A stretch of DNA of 64,000 nt from Octopus vulgaris. Its lineage: Eukaryota. The position numbers and the translations under genes were made by a program. Positions 1-12,759 of the stretch are shown here, piece after piece. The notes beneath the pieces are model-generated. The model was not told the origin of the DNA. It ran no database searches and saw only the letters and a program-made list of their open reading frames with translations. The stretch is taken from positions 176,142,001 through 176,206,000 of the forward strand of contig OX597814.1 in assembly GCA_951406725.2 (NCBI GenBank), read 5' to 3'. Each line of letters starts with the position of its first letter. Positions within the stretch are counted from its first letter, which is position 1.

Positions 1-38
1 TTCTTAATAGTTGTCTCCTTTCAATGACCCTGACAGGT

Positions 39-164
<126 letters not shown>

Positions 165-909
165 ACATTTTTATCTCAAGCAATTATCTCTTTACTTATC
201 TTGAGGCCAATCATTTTAGTTACATCTTCAGTATTACAATTTGTTTTCGTTCCATGCATATTCTACATTCTTAAGCAATGCATAATGTTTCATAACTATT
301 GATCAACCATTTCATTGACAATCCTTACAAATAACCACAAAGCTACTCCTATTTATTGCTTGCTGTGTTACAGATGTTTCTGCTGTATTTGTAACAAATG
401 CCGTCAAATACGAAAGATGACTTTTAATTTTTTTTACACAGAGATAACACAGATACCTTATTTCTCCGACATAGTCGGGGTTCGATGTTAGTTGATCTCC
501 TACTATTGTTCTCTTCATTTCTTTCATCGCAATTACTTTCGTTGAAAAAGAAGTGACACGGAACACAGCGATCTTTGATTTCCCATTAATTTGTTGTAGT
601 ATCCCCCCACAAGCTCATAAAAGTTGACTAGATTTCAACTACTACTTTTGGTTGTTATTATTTTTTAGTGAGATGGCAGACTAGATCATTTTTTTTTGTA
701 TGTGACTGCTATTGATTTTATCAGTACTCTATTCATCTGTCATGTTTCCAAACGAATAAAAACTGCAACTGATCTCGGTGGGATTTGAACTCAGAACGTA
801 GCAAGACATAATTAGATACTGCGAGACTGACATTGTACTGATTATGCCGAGTTACCGCCTACTCTGTTATCTCATAAATAATAATGTATATAAAGTCCAT
901 GATGTATAA

Positions 910-942
<33 letters not shown>

Positions 943-1571
943 CGTAAGGTAATAATATAATTGTTGGAAAAATTTAGTATCGAAATCAAGTCTAATTCTA
1001 TTTTGCAACAACGAAACAGTTTTTATTTCTTTTCTTTTCTTTATAAGACACAAGGAGGTCAGTATATGAGATCATAATCGATTGTATCGATCCAACAACA
1101 TCAGCATTACTTATTTTATCGTCTTTGATCGGATAATAAAAGTTAAAGATCGACTTTAGATGGATTTGAACTCTAAACATTAGAAAGGCCGAAACTAAAT
1201 ATATGTTATTCAATTCGCTGCCCTGCCATTCCTGTTAATTTGCGGCATTATAATACCATATAAAGTTGTCTAACTTTTGTCGACAGTTACACATTATGAG
1301 CGGGAAGGAGTTATTTTTCCATTGAAGTCAAGTATATATTTTATAGAAACTCCTACCTCCGAGCATAAATACAATGCAGATTTGGACTCGGAACATAAAA
1401 CGGCGGCAATTAAATACGACAATCTGACAGTGCAGACTAGACTATTCTTCTTATTTAAACGTGATATAACTAACTCTTAGTACTTTTATAATTCATGTAT
1501 ATAATGTAGTTCTGTTTATTTCTATTCAAACCTGTAAACTATCAAATCCACCTTTAATCTATAGAGAATAT

Positions 1572-1778
1572 GAAGCGGCGAGCTGGCAAAACCATTAGTA
1601 CGTCCGGTAAGATGCTTAGCGGCATTTTGTTCGTCTCTACATTCTGAGTCCAAATTCCATCAAGGTTGACTTTGCCGTTATTCCTTCGAGTCGATAAAAT
1701 AAGTACCACTGGAGTCGATGCAATCAACTTACACAATACACCGAAATTGCTGGCCTTGTGCCAAAATTTGAAACGAAT
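1572..1778 (+). mobile_element. tRNA-derived SINE family B (Meta-domain-like), diverged copy
   Basis: Head GCGGCGAGCTGGCAAAACCATTAG, box-B-like TGAGTCCAAATTCC and core GTCGATAAAATAAGTACCA match the copies at 13704 and 44930. Confidence 0.8.
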
Positions 1779-1780
1779 AT

Positions 1781-1927
1781 AGGAGTGGTTGTGTGGTAAG
1801 TAGCTTGCTTACCAACCAGATGGTTCCGGGTTCAGTCCCACTGCGTGGCACCTTGGGCAAGTGTCTTCTACTATAGCCTCGGGCCGACCAAAGCCTTGTG
1901 AGTAGATTTGGTGAAAGAAGCCTGTCG

Positions 1928-1959
<32 letters not shown>

Positions 1960-1967
1960 TGTGTGTA

Positions 1968-2044
<77 letters not shown>

Positions 2045-2233
2045 CTGTGTGTCTGTGTTTGTCCCCCAGCATCGCTTGACAACCGATGCTGGTGTGTCGG
2101 CAAAAGAGACCGATAGAATAAGTACTAGACTTACAAAGAATAAGTCCTGGGGGGGGGTCGATTTGCTCGGCTAAAGGCGGTGCTCCAGCATGGCCGCAGT
2201 CAAATGACTGAAACAAGTAAGAGAGTAAAAGAG
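1781..2233 (+). mobile_element. tRNA-derived SINE family A with internal (TA)n(TG)n microsatellite
   Basis: Box A-like GTGTGGTAAG, box B-like GGTTCAGTCCC, CORE-like CCTTGGGCAAGTG and 3' end GGCGGTGCTCCAGCATGGCCGCAGTCAAATGACTGAAACAAG shared with many copies in the window. Confidence 0.9.
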
Positions 2234-3045
2234 ATATAGAGAATGTGCAAGAGTGAAAGTGCGTCGCGTCGTCTCCTTAAGGAAGGCTGCTTCATTTCAC
2301 GTTCCTCCTCGTTACTGAACTGTAGTGACGGCACCAGCCAGCTGCTGCAGGTGCCGTCTCACCTTCCAGCTGTCACATCACAGATGCGCTGCTGAGGCTG
2401 TGTAGCACCTGAAGCGATCAGCAAAAGCATGACACATGTTACTAAGTTACCTTCGCTCTCGAGTGACAGTTAACCGTACTATAATGCAAGCGTGATGAAA
2501 TATGTAAAAATAGACTAAATATAATTGTGATATCACACTCGACAGTAAGATCACATATGAATCGAAAAGTTAGTCTGCTTTCGGAGTATTTCACTGCTTT
2601 GTTGTTTTGCCAGAAAGCTGTCAATTAATTCACAATGGCTGTCTATTCATATGTTGTTCAATTGCTACGTAGCTGTACTAAAGAAGATGAAGAAGTGGGA
2701 TACTTTCAAATTGACAATTAATTAGACCTAACTGTAGCTGAGTTATTCATACAGAGTATTATGCAGGCCTTACCTAACACCTTATAGTTTTCTTAACCAT
2801 CACCTTTGTGTAGTGTTTATTTCCAGTGTTGAAAACAAAGTAATTTACAATTCACCATTTATTATATAAAATATAGGTGCAAGCGTGACTGTGCAGTTAA
2901 GTAGTTCGCTTTTGCAACCACGTTGTTTTGGATTCAATCCCCCTACGCAGCAGTTTGGGCAAGTGTCTTCTACAATAAGCCACGAACCATCAGATGCATT
3001 CTGAGTGAATGTGTAAGGCAGAGACTGAGAGAAAGCCCATCGTGC

Positions 3046-3083
<38 letters not shown>

Positions 3084-3095
3084 ATTTATATTATA

Positions 3096-3490
3096 CTAGC
3101 AGTATCGCCCGGCGTTGCTCGGGTTTGTAAGGGAAATAACTATATAAGCATTTTTAGAGATGTAAGGTATAATAGCCATCTCAATATGGCTAACCACAAA
3201 GGGGGGGGGTTACTGTAGCTTTTTACGTTCTGAGATTTAATAATAAATTTTTAGAGAGTTACTTCCCTTATATATGCCAAAAATGCATAAAAAATGGGAA
3301 AAATTGATGGTAAATTTTTTTTAAATCGTAGACTCATCGTAGACGCGCGCTAATACCCAGAAGGGCTCGATATGAATCACGACTATAAGATACCCGGTTT
3401 TGGTTAAACTGCACCGCAAAATGTGGGAGTAGTTAGGAATCTAAATCGTAGGAGACAGGCAGCACACAACCTCACTTTTACATATAAAGA
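3096..3490 (-). mobile_element. Non-autonomous Helitron
   Basis: Minus strand starts TC, ends CTAG, has the subterminal hairpin CCCGAGCAACGCCGGG, sits between A and T with no TSD; the 3' end is nearly identical to that of 53408-53790. Confidence 0.85.
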
Positions 3491-3498
3491 TTATATTG

Positions 3499-3551
<53 letters not shown>

Positions 3552-3554
<3 letters not shown>

Positions 3555-3742
3555 CGCTAGCCTCTAAACCTTTTTTTATATTTTCTCTCTCTGTTTATTT
3601 CTGTGTTCCTTTCTGTTGAAGACCGTAGGCTCGAAACGTAAAAGACTTTCTCACTTCCTGAGCGTTAAACTAATACATCCGTTTGTTGTTTACACACCCG
3701 TCTTCGTCATTTGTTTTATTTATTTTTTGTAAATTCCAACTA
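3552..3742 (+). mobile_element. Short (TA)n-embedded element with minimal hammerhead-like motif (Penelope-like, non-autonomous)
   Basis: CTTT-CTGTTGA-AGACCGTAGGCTC-GAAACGTA-AAAG at 3609-3644; homologous to 29520-29716. Confidence 0.65.
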
Positions 3743-3811
3743 TATGTGTATATATATATATATAAATATATATATGTGTGTGTGTGTTTATATATATATA
3801 TTATATTATAT

Positions 3812-3883
<72 letters not shown>

Positions 3884-4039
3884 ATATATATATATATTAA
3901 ATTATATTATATTATATTATATTATATTATATATATATATATATATAATATAATATAATATAATATAATATAATTTAATATATATATGTGTGTGTTTATA
4001 TATATATATTAAATTATATTATATTATATTATATTATAT

Positions 4040-4089
<50 letters not shown>

Positions 4090-4137
4090 ATATAATATAA
4101 TATAATATAATATAATATAATTTATATATATATATAA

Positions 4138-4177
<40 letters not shown>

Positions 4178-5487
4178 GTCAAATACGTTCATGTATGTAT
4201 GTATGTATGTATGTATGTATGTATGTATGTGTATGTGCTTGTTTGTTTACGTCCTTGTTAGCTAGCAGATCAGCAAAAGAAACCGATAGAATAAGTAGCA
4301 AACTTTAAAAAGAAATAAGCGTCAGGGTCGAGTTGCTCGACTAACTTTTTCAAGGTGCAGCCCCCGCATAGCTACAATCTTGTGACTGTAATAAATAATA
4401 GATAAATTATAAAACATTAAAAATAATAAAGAGTAAAGGCGTGCAGCTTAATGGTGAAGTTGTTCGGCTGAAGAAAATAAGACCGCGGACTGAACACCTA
4501 GAACGAGCGTTACGTTGTGTCCTTAAGCAAGGCAATTCATTACTCGGCATTCCAGTTTGCTCAACTATAAGTACCATCCTGCTGCTGATGGAGTCCTCTC
4601 TTCTCCCATATCATTGATGCACCGCTGAATCATTAGTACGAAGTCCGAGAGGCTGTATGCATCTGCAACTTTTTGTTATGTTTCTTTGTGTGCAATCTAT
4701 TTGAACCCACAAGCATTTATTCATGTATTCGATAGGCCCAGATCAATCATTAAAAGGCGGATATGCGATCAGAGATATTCCAACAATGATTGGCTGTCTT
4801 TTTGCAAGCATTGTGCATTTAGCGTATCCTCTCCTTTAAGACGACAAGGAGTGATGCTAGCTTTTTAGGATAAACGTTTTATAATATAAAGTTTGCCTTT
4901 AAAGTTTTAAAATTGTTATCTTCTTAATGCTGCTATTAGTTGCTAGCATTTGCTTCCTGTTCTCTCGCCCGTATTTTTCTTGAAAGCTATAACTAATAAA
5001 TAAATAAATAAAAAAATATTAAGTGGAACGCATATTCCGTCTGGCGTATGAATAATTGACATTTTGATTAAACATCAGATGAACTAAATGAAAAATGCAT
5101 AAGAAATTTGTAGCTTTTATTCTTCAGAGAATTAAAATCTACATCGGAGAAAGCCAGCTGTATTATAAATAGGATATCAATGCTAATTATATTGGAATTA
5201 TTTTCTTAAGCTTTTTATTATTATTTTTGTTATTGATGCTTGCCTAGGTTAGACAACCGACTATAATGAGAAAACTAAACATATAATTTCTTGCTGATCG
5301 CGAATTTCAAACCTAAATTGCTGGGATTTATGCTACAACTCGGTTTATGAAAATATTGCATAATGTGCTCTCTGCAGAAAGAAAGCAATAATGTTAGAGA
5401 TGTATTATCAGAATAATAAGCGAAATAAGGCTTCTCCGTACAAAGGGGCTATACTTAATTGGAAAATACTTCCAGCGCCATGTTGAT

Positions 5488-5511
5488 TTATTATTATTAT
5501 CATCATCATCA

Positions 5512-5579
<68 letters not shown>

Positions 5580-5598
5580 GTTGTTATTATTATTATTA
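5488..5598. repeat. (TTA)n/(TCA)n trinucleotide microsatellite
   Basis: Direct; explains the poly-N ORF 5394..5723. Confidence 0.95.
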
Positions 5599-5965
5599 GT
5601 GGTGGTTGAATACATGTTTAGACACGCTGATGCAAAAGTAAAACTTGAAAAATGGAATAAACAGCAACGAAAATACAGACATTCATATCTATTTATCTCA
5701 AAGAAGTCATTTTGCGGGTTCATTCAGCAATGTATTTAGTTAGCATGCAGAACCACTGGGAAGACTATTCAACGAATGATTTTTACTGATATACCTCAAT
5801 GCATTCATTCATGTGTATTAGTAAGAAAGGCTCTTGCCGTACAATGCAGTAAAGGTGTAAGCTCCGTTAACCTAAATCTCTCACCTTATTTCGATTTTCG
5901 ATGGAAAACATTTCGCTTCATTTACGCTGCTAATGTCAAATTTCCATTTACCTTCATATATGAAT

Positions 5966-6320
5966 GATTGTGTGCTTACGAAATTGGCTTCGTAACCGTG
6001 TTTTTTCGGGTTCGGTCCCACTAGGTGGTACCTTGGGCAAGCCTCTTCTCCTATAACCTTGGGTTGATCTGGGTTGACCAATGCCTTGTAATTTAATTTG
6101 TAAGATGGAAACTATGCGGAAACTCATCTTTATACATATGTGTGTGTGCGTTTGTGTATGTCTGAGTATCCGTTTTTTTGTCAACAACCCCAATACTTGA
6201 TAGCCGGAGTTGGTTTCTTTACATTCGGTAAAAGAAGATAACAGAGTAATTACTAGACTTTAAAAATTAAGTACTGCCGTCCACGAGTGAAACAAGTGAA
6301 CGAAAGACCAAGACTAAAAA
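5966..6320 (+). mobile_element. Diverged SINE family A
   Basis: GGGTTCGGTCCCACTAGGTGGTACCTTGGGCAAG and collinear downstream blocks. Confidence 0.7.
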
Positions 6321-6345
6321 TATGAGTATACGCATATATGTATGT

Positions 6346-6386
<41 letters not shown>

Positions 6387-6462
6387 TATATATACATGTC
6401 GAACTGTTTATATGACTGAAGCAAATAAAAGAATAAAAGAATTTATATATATATATACATAC

Positions 6463-7080
6463 ATACATATTAGAGGGAGACCACTATGTGGACACTTTTA
6501 TGCTAGAAATAGATCCGCTATGGTTTTACCACTAAGAAATGTCCTCAAGAAAAATTTAGCAACACAACCAAAATAGTAATCGAGCAAGACAAAAGAAAAG
6601 CAATAAAAATATGGATTATTCACATACATGTTTCACTATCACCATATTACGTTATTTTACTTACGTAAGACGCCCGTAGATCTTCGGTGTGATCGTCCAA
6701 ATGAATATAATTTTCAGAACTGCATACTATGACGTCCGCACAAAGTCAGACTTGAAAGATCTACAGACATCTTATGTAAGTAAAATTACATGATATGGTG
6801 ATAGTGAAACATGTATGTGAATAATCCATATTTCATTGCTTTTCTTTTGTCATGTTCGATTACGTGCTGGTTGTTTTGCAAAATTTTTCTTGAGAACATT
6901 TCTTAGTCGTAAGACCATAGCGGATCTATTTCTAGAATAAGGGTGTCAACATAGTGGTTTCCCTCTAATATGTATATAATACAATTTTACTGAACCTTAA
7001 GTTTTTTTATATGCTAGACCACTGGTGTGAAATCGATGTTAATTAAATTAATATCTAATTTCTCACCCTCATTTTAAATT
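6463..7080. repeat. Long inverted repeat (arms about 6463-6684 and 6756-6975) with a one-sided extension, flanked by (TA)-rich tracts
   Basis: ATACATATTAGAGGGAGACCACTATGT...GTAGATCTT is mirrored by AAGATCTAC...ACATAGTGGTTTCCCTCTAATATGTAT. Confidence 0.9.
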
Positions 7081-7104
<24 letters not shown>

Positions 7105-7113
<9 letters not shown>

Positions 7114-7718
7114 ATAAGGTAGAAATTGATATTAATCAATTAAAACCAGTGGCCTAGCTTTTTTTTTTTTAAATCGAAGATTAAAATTTTTTTTACATAC
7201 AAAATTTAGAGAACTGACCACTAAATAAATGGACAGCCTATATGCTAGATATAGACATCAAAATCGCCATTTTCCACGAAGAATGTGTTCTCAAGAAAAG
7301 AAATTCAGTAAAAAACCAAAGTGTAAAAATAAGCAATACAAATGAAAATATACGAAATAAAAAAAAAAGATTACCTATGCACTAATTAGTTTCACTTGTT
7401 AATATTTACGTATATGGATACGCAAACATCTGCAAGATCATCAGCATAGTCTGTCGTTTACAAAACACAATTTCCAGAACTAGATACAGAACGCTCGACC
7501 GAAATCCAGCATGTATAAACTGTGTTCTTGAGAACACGTTCTTCGTGGAAAATGGCGATTTTGACGTCTATATCTAGCATATAGGCTGTCCATTTTTTTA
7601 GTGGTTAGTCCTCTAAATTTTGTATGTAAAAAAATGTTTAATCTTCGGATTTTTTAAAAATATGCTAGGCCACTGGTTTTAATTGATTAATATCAATTTC
7701 TACCCTTATTTAATTTTA
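7105..7718. repeat. Long inverted repeat (arms about 7105-7297 and 7525-7718), related to 6463-7080
   Basis: TAAAATTAAATAAGGTAGAAATTGATATTAATCAATTAAAACCAGTGGCCTAGC mirrored at 7664-7718; near-perfect arms. Confidence 0.9.
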
Positions 7719-7788
7719 AATAAAAAAATGTTCTCTGACCGGTAAATTGACTGCTGTAGTTTATTAGCTGCAGAGTAAATTTACTTGT

Positions 7789-8330
7789 ACTATAGCCTCG
7801 GACTGACCAAAGCCTTGTGAGTGAATTTGGTAGACGGAAACTGAAAGAAGCCAGCCGTATGTGTGCGTGTATATATGTACATTTTATATATATATATGGG
7901 TCATATAAAAAATGTAACCACATGAGAATCGTTGGCGATTTTCTTCCTCCGTCTTCCTTTCTTTAGACTTTTGTTTCTGAAGAAGAGGGTTGCTTGAAAC
8001 CTTAAACCATCCTTCCTTGAGCGTCTACTAATACTTTACATGTACCAGATCGTCGCGTTGTTCTTTTCTTCCGTGTGTTTGTTCTTTTTTCTGGATTTAC
8101 TATATATACATGTATATTTTTGTGTGTATGTGTTTGGCCGCCCCCATCGCTTGACAACCGATGATGGTGTATTTATGTCTCCGTAACTTAGCAGTTCGGC
8201 AAACGAGGGACGATAGAATAAGTGCTAGGCTTACAAAGAATAAGTCCTGGGGTCGAGTTGTTCGAGTAAAGGCGGAGCTCCAGCATGGCCGCAGTCAAAA
8301 TGCCTGAAAAGAATAAAAGAATAAAAGAAA
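7789..8330 (+). mobile_element. 5'-truncated SINE family A interrupted by a hammerhead-like element (about 7899-8102)
   Basis: SINE blocks at 7789-7862 and 8125-8330; the insert is homologous to 44427-44585 and has GTTT-CTGAAGA-AGAGGGTTGCTT-GAAACCTT-AAAC at 7973-8007. Confidence 0.75.
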
Positions 8331-8393
<63 letters not shown>

Positions 8394-8476
8394 GGTATAT
8401 GTATGTATATATATATATATACATATGTATATATGTATAGTTTATTAATGTTTGACTGTTGATCTTTATTTTATGG

Positions 8477-8512
<36 letters not shown>

Positions 8513-9069
8513 ATAAAATATAATCCATAAAATAAAGATCATCAGTCAAACATTAATAAACTATACATATATACATATGTATATATATATATATATATAT
8601 ACATACATATACCTATATACATATATACGCGCGCACACATACATAATACATATATACATATATACACGTATGATGTATCTCTCTCCCTCCCTTGCCCGCC
8701 TGCCTCCCTCCCTCTCTTTCTATCGCTTCAGAAACTAGAGAAAAGCACAGTCCCAGTCGACACTGAGGCCTCGTAAAAACGACGAACAATGTAACTCTAG
8801 AACAGTGTACTAAGATGTAATTCTGTTAAGATTGATATAAATGAATGTATTTCATAGTTTTATTGTGTTTGAGAGGAAGAGTGAATTATCAGACAAATCT
8901 AAACCATTACTTATGTATCAAAATTATATGTGCGTATGTGGAAATTATATCAAATATTCGAAATGCGAAGTGTATAATCGGTTATCTTTGTGACATTGCT
9001 GACATTTCATTAAAAACTTAATAAAATAAAGAGCAACAGTCAAACATTAATGAACTATTACATAAATTT

Positions 9070-9178
9070 ATACATACACAGACACAAACACAAACACAGA
9101 CACTTGTATATACATGTATATACACGTATGTATATACATATATATATATATATACGCACATATATATACATACAAATA

Positions 9179-9216
<38 letters not shown>

Positions 9217-9236
9217 CATACATCTATAAATATACT

Positions 9237-9269
<33 letters not shown>

Positions 9270-9354
9270 ATATATATATATATATATATACATATGTAAA
9301 TATATACTTACATATATACATATACATATATACATATGCATGTACATACATATG

Positions 9355-9392
<38 letters not shown>

Positions 9393-9422
9393 CATATATA
9401 TACATATATATATATACATATG

Positions 9423-9515
<93 letters not shown>

Positions 9516-9561
9516 TTACATACATATTTATATAATTTTACGTATATGCATGTATTGTATA

Positions 9562-9605
<44 letters not shown>

Positions 9606-9850
9606 ATATATGCACACAAAAATGTATATGTATATACATATTTACATAATATCGAGGTCTCTTTCTTTCTTTTGTTGTCGTACCATTTTATCAATATATA
9701 CATACATTCACACATGCATACGTACGTACATCATACATGCATACAGACATACGTACATATGTATGTATATGTGTGTGTGTGTGTGTGTTTGCTGTGTGCA
9801 TGTTTGTTTGTGTATGTGTGTGCATATGTGTGTGCACGTGTGTGTATATA
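9070..9850. repeat. Large degenerate (TA)n/(TACA)n/(TG)n microsatellite
   Basis: Direct; source of the YI-repeat ORFs including 9178..9921. Confidence 0.95.
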
Positions 9851-10168
9851 TAACCACGCTTCCTCAATTCTCTTTTTATTCAGGTGACGTAACATGTCCG
9901 CTAATCAAGAGAATACCGTAAAGTACAGATAAGCACCCTTTCTGCTAGTTTAAAATTCACACGCGTCTCTTCTTTTCTGTCGCTATATATTCTTATAAAA
10001 GAAAAATAAGGCATGAATGTCATACAATCTCATTATTTCATAAATATATCTGCGGTCTTGTTCTTATATAAGGTATTGATTTCTAACATAGACGTGCGGT
10101 TGTAACGTCTATGAAGGAGTATATTCAATGGTATCGAGACCAATATTTTACTAGCAGTCATTAGGATT

Positions 10169-10405
10169 TCAACTCAAAATGCTAAGGGCCCTTGGATGCT
10201 GGCGACCCACTGTCCATGTGATATTATGTGGTGATATTATGTTATCTTCATCTCTATGCATTCCACGCAATGCACCGCATCCGACAAATGTTTCAATTTC
10301 TTTCGGTCTCTCAGGCGTGATGAGAAAACAGATGTAGGTCAACATCAACAATGCAACAATCATTCATCGCACTTATGATGAGCGACAATGCTTGTCATAT
10401 TGATT
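10169..10405 (-). pseudogene. Possible decayed exon: hydrophobic segment followed by a carboxylesterase-N-terminus-like stretch
   Basis: Follows a TTCAG acceptor; with one frameshift reads QALSLIISAM/MIVALLMLTYICFLITPERPKEIETFVGCGALRGMH...TVGRQHPRAL. Resemblance judged by eye only. Confidence 0.2.
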
Positions 10406-10794
10406 TCTGAATTAAACATGAGAGAAAGAGAGAGACGTGTGAGATGGTGTAATGATCACATCTTTCTCGTGGGAATTAATATTCTATACATGAAGTTTGT
10501 GCTGAAGTTTATGGAAATAAACACTGAATCACAAACTCGATTCGCTGGAATCGTTTGTGCTTTGAGCTATTTGCTAAGATTCTATTGTCTAACCTACAAT
10601 ATGCACTTATACACGATAGTATCATCGCACTGAATAAATAAAGTTTGTGTTCCATACAAAGCGATTTTCGCTTCTGCTTCTCGTGTATTACATTTCTTCA
10701 CTTTGGGATATGTTCACAGAATAAAATCGTCATTATTTTCTGAAAGATGTCTCATATTTAAATTTTTACCGCTGTGACCTATGTGGTAAGAAAG

Positions 10795-11563
10795 CACAGG
10801 TGTGGTGGTGTGTTAAGAAGTTTACTTCCTAACCTCATGGTTCTGGGTTCAGTCTCACTGCATAGCACCTTGGGCAGGTGTCTTCTGCTTTAGTTCCGGG
10901 CCGAGAAAAGCCCTGACGGAAGCTGAAAGAACCTCGTTGGTTTTGTGTGTGCTTGCATCTGTGTTTGTTCCCGTCACTATCACCACATGACAAGAGATGT
11001 TGTTTTTTCAGTCCCCGTAACTTAGTGGATCGTCTTAAGAGGGTTCAAAAATATAAGTACAAGTCTTAGGGTCGATTCGTTCGACTAAAAACCTTCAAGG
11101 CGGTGCCCCACCATGGCCGCCATCACATGACTGAAACAGATAAAAGATAATAGAGCAACAATGCAGGTCTCTATGTGGTCGCTGTACAAATCTTTGTCTG
11201 GTATGAAGCTTATTTCTTAACCACATGGTTTCGGGTTCACTTTGGACAAGTGTCTTCTACTATAGCCGCTAGTTGACCAAAGCCTTGTGAGTGGATTGAG
11301 TAAGGGAAACTGAAAGAAGCCTGTCGTATATATGTATATATATATGTGTGTGTGTGTGTATGTCTGTGTTTGTCCCCCTAGCATTGCTTGACAACCGATG
11401 CTGGTGTGTTTACGTCCCCGTCACTTAGCGGTTCGGCAAAAGAGACCAATAGAATAAGTACTGGGCTTACAAAGAATAAGTCCCGGGGTCGATTTGCTCG
11501 ACTAAAGGCGGTGCTCCAGCATGGCCGCAGTCAAATGACTGAAACAAGTAAAAGTAAAAGTAA

Positions 11564-11597
<34 letters not shown>

Positions 11598-11797
11598 ATA
11601 TGTTCCCCACCACTGTTTGACAACTGGTGTTGGTCGGTTTAAGTCCCCGTAACCTCAGCGGTTCGGCAAAAGAGAGCGACAGAATAAGGACCCGGATTTG
11701 CAAAATAAGTAAAAACGTACTGGGCTCGATTCATTCAGCTAAAAATTTTATTCAAGGTGGTGCTCCAGCATGGCCGGAGGCTAATGACTGAAACAGA
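10795..11797 (+). mobile_element. Cluster of three head-to-tail SINE family A copies (about 10795-11150, 11200-11560, 3' half 11595-11797)
   Basis: The family A 3' motif GTGCTCCAGCATGGCC...TGACTGAAAC recurs three times with varying divergence. Confidence 0.85.
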
Positions 11798-12147
11798 GAG
11801 AAGGTAATGACAAAAGAAAAAGGCAAAGACACACTAGTATGTCGCCCTACATATCCAAACAGAATAAGGGAACCATAACGGCAGCTACACTACCTTTGAT
11901 TGTCTTCCTACTCGATCAGGGTTGGCCTAGAATTCAATAAAAACAACAAGTCTCATTTGTTTAAGGACGTTTTACTCATATTTTCTATTCATATAAAGAT
12001 AATTGTTTATCTTGAGACATTGTTTGTCGTCCGCAACTTGCTACCAATAAGATAATGTGAGGGCATACCTATAGTTCTTGTAAACAGTCTGCTAATTGGG
12101 CGTTCTATTTATATTAGTGTTGGCTAGTATTTGCAGGCTTTGTTTTA

Positions 12148-12182
<35 letters not shown>

Positions 12183-12281
12183 ACACAGACACACGCACAC
12201 ACACACACATATATATATGCATATGCATTTTTATATATGTATATACTCTATATGCATACATATAAATATATATATTATGGG

Positions 12282-12313
<32 letters not shown>

Positions 12314-12432
12314 TATACATACATACACACACACACACACACACTCACACGCACACACATATAAAGAGAGAGAGAGAGATACGTGTATGCGTATGTGCAC
12401 TGACAATGGATGCAAATATATATCTATATGAA

Positions 12433-12526
<94 letters not shown>

Positions 12527-12527
12527 C

Positions 12528-12568
<41 letters not shown>

Positions 12569-12759
12569 GTATTCATATATATATATTTGCTTCGAATGTT
12601 AGTGCACATACACATACATTTATTTCTCTCTCTCTCTCTCTAAACATATATATATATATGTGTATGTATTATGTATGTTTTAACTATGTGCGCACTGTAT
12701 ATTTAATGCTGCTACACGTGTAATTCTTGCAGTTAGTGCACATATTCACTGTCAAAACA

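Larger units (their letters stand above)
2875..4400 (+). mobile_element. Diverged SINE family A split by nested insertions (5' half 2875-3047, 3' half about 4232-4400)
   Basis: Both halves match family A, in the same orientation and correct order, around an expanded microsatellite. Confidence 0.7.

Noticed and set aside
312-640. Cys-containing minus-strand reading (EIKDRCVPCHFF...RLCRRNK then GT) as an exon
   Set aside because: In-frame stops upstream in every frame and no recognisable family; cannot be supported without RNA data.
1781-1860. tRNA gene calls at SINE heads (also 13860-13937, 17620-17680, 24840-24915)
   Set aside because: Box A/B-like motifs are present but no complete cloverleaf, and each continues into a repeated SINE body.
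8760-8800. CTGAGG-CCTCGT-AAAA-ACGA-CGAA hammerhead-like string
   Set aside because: Two core mismatches and no stems I or III.
9018-9921. Long ORFs such as the 247-aa 9178..9921 and the many YI/CV/HT/YLSI-repeat ORFs
   Set aside because: Translations of microsatellites that lack stop codons; no coding signal.
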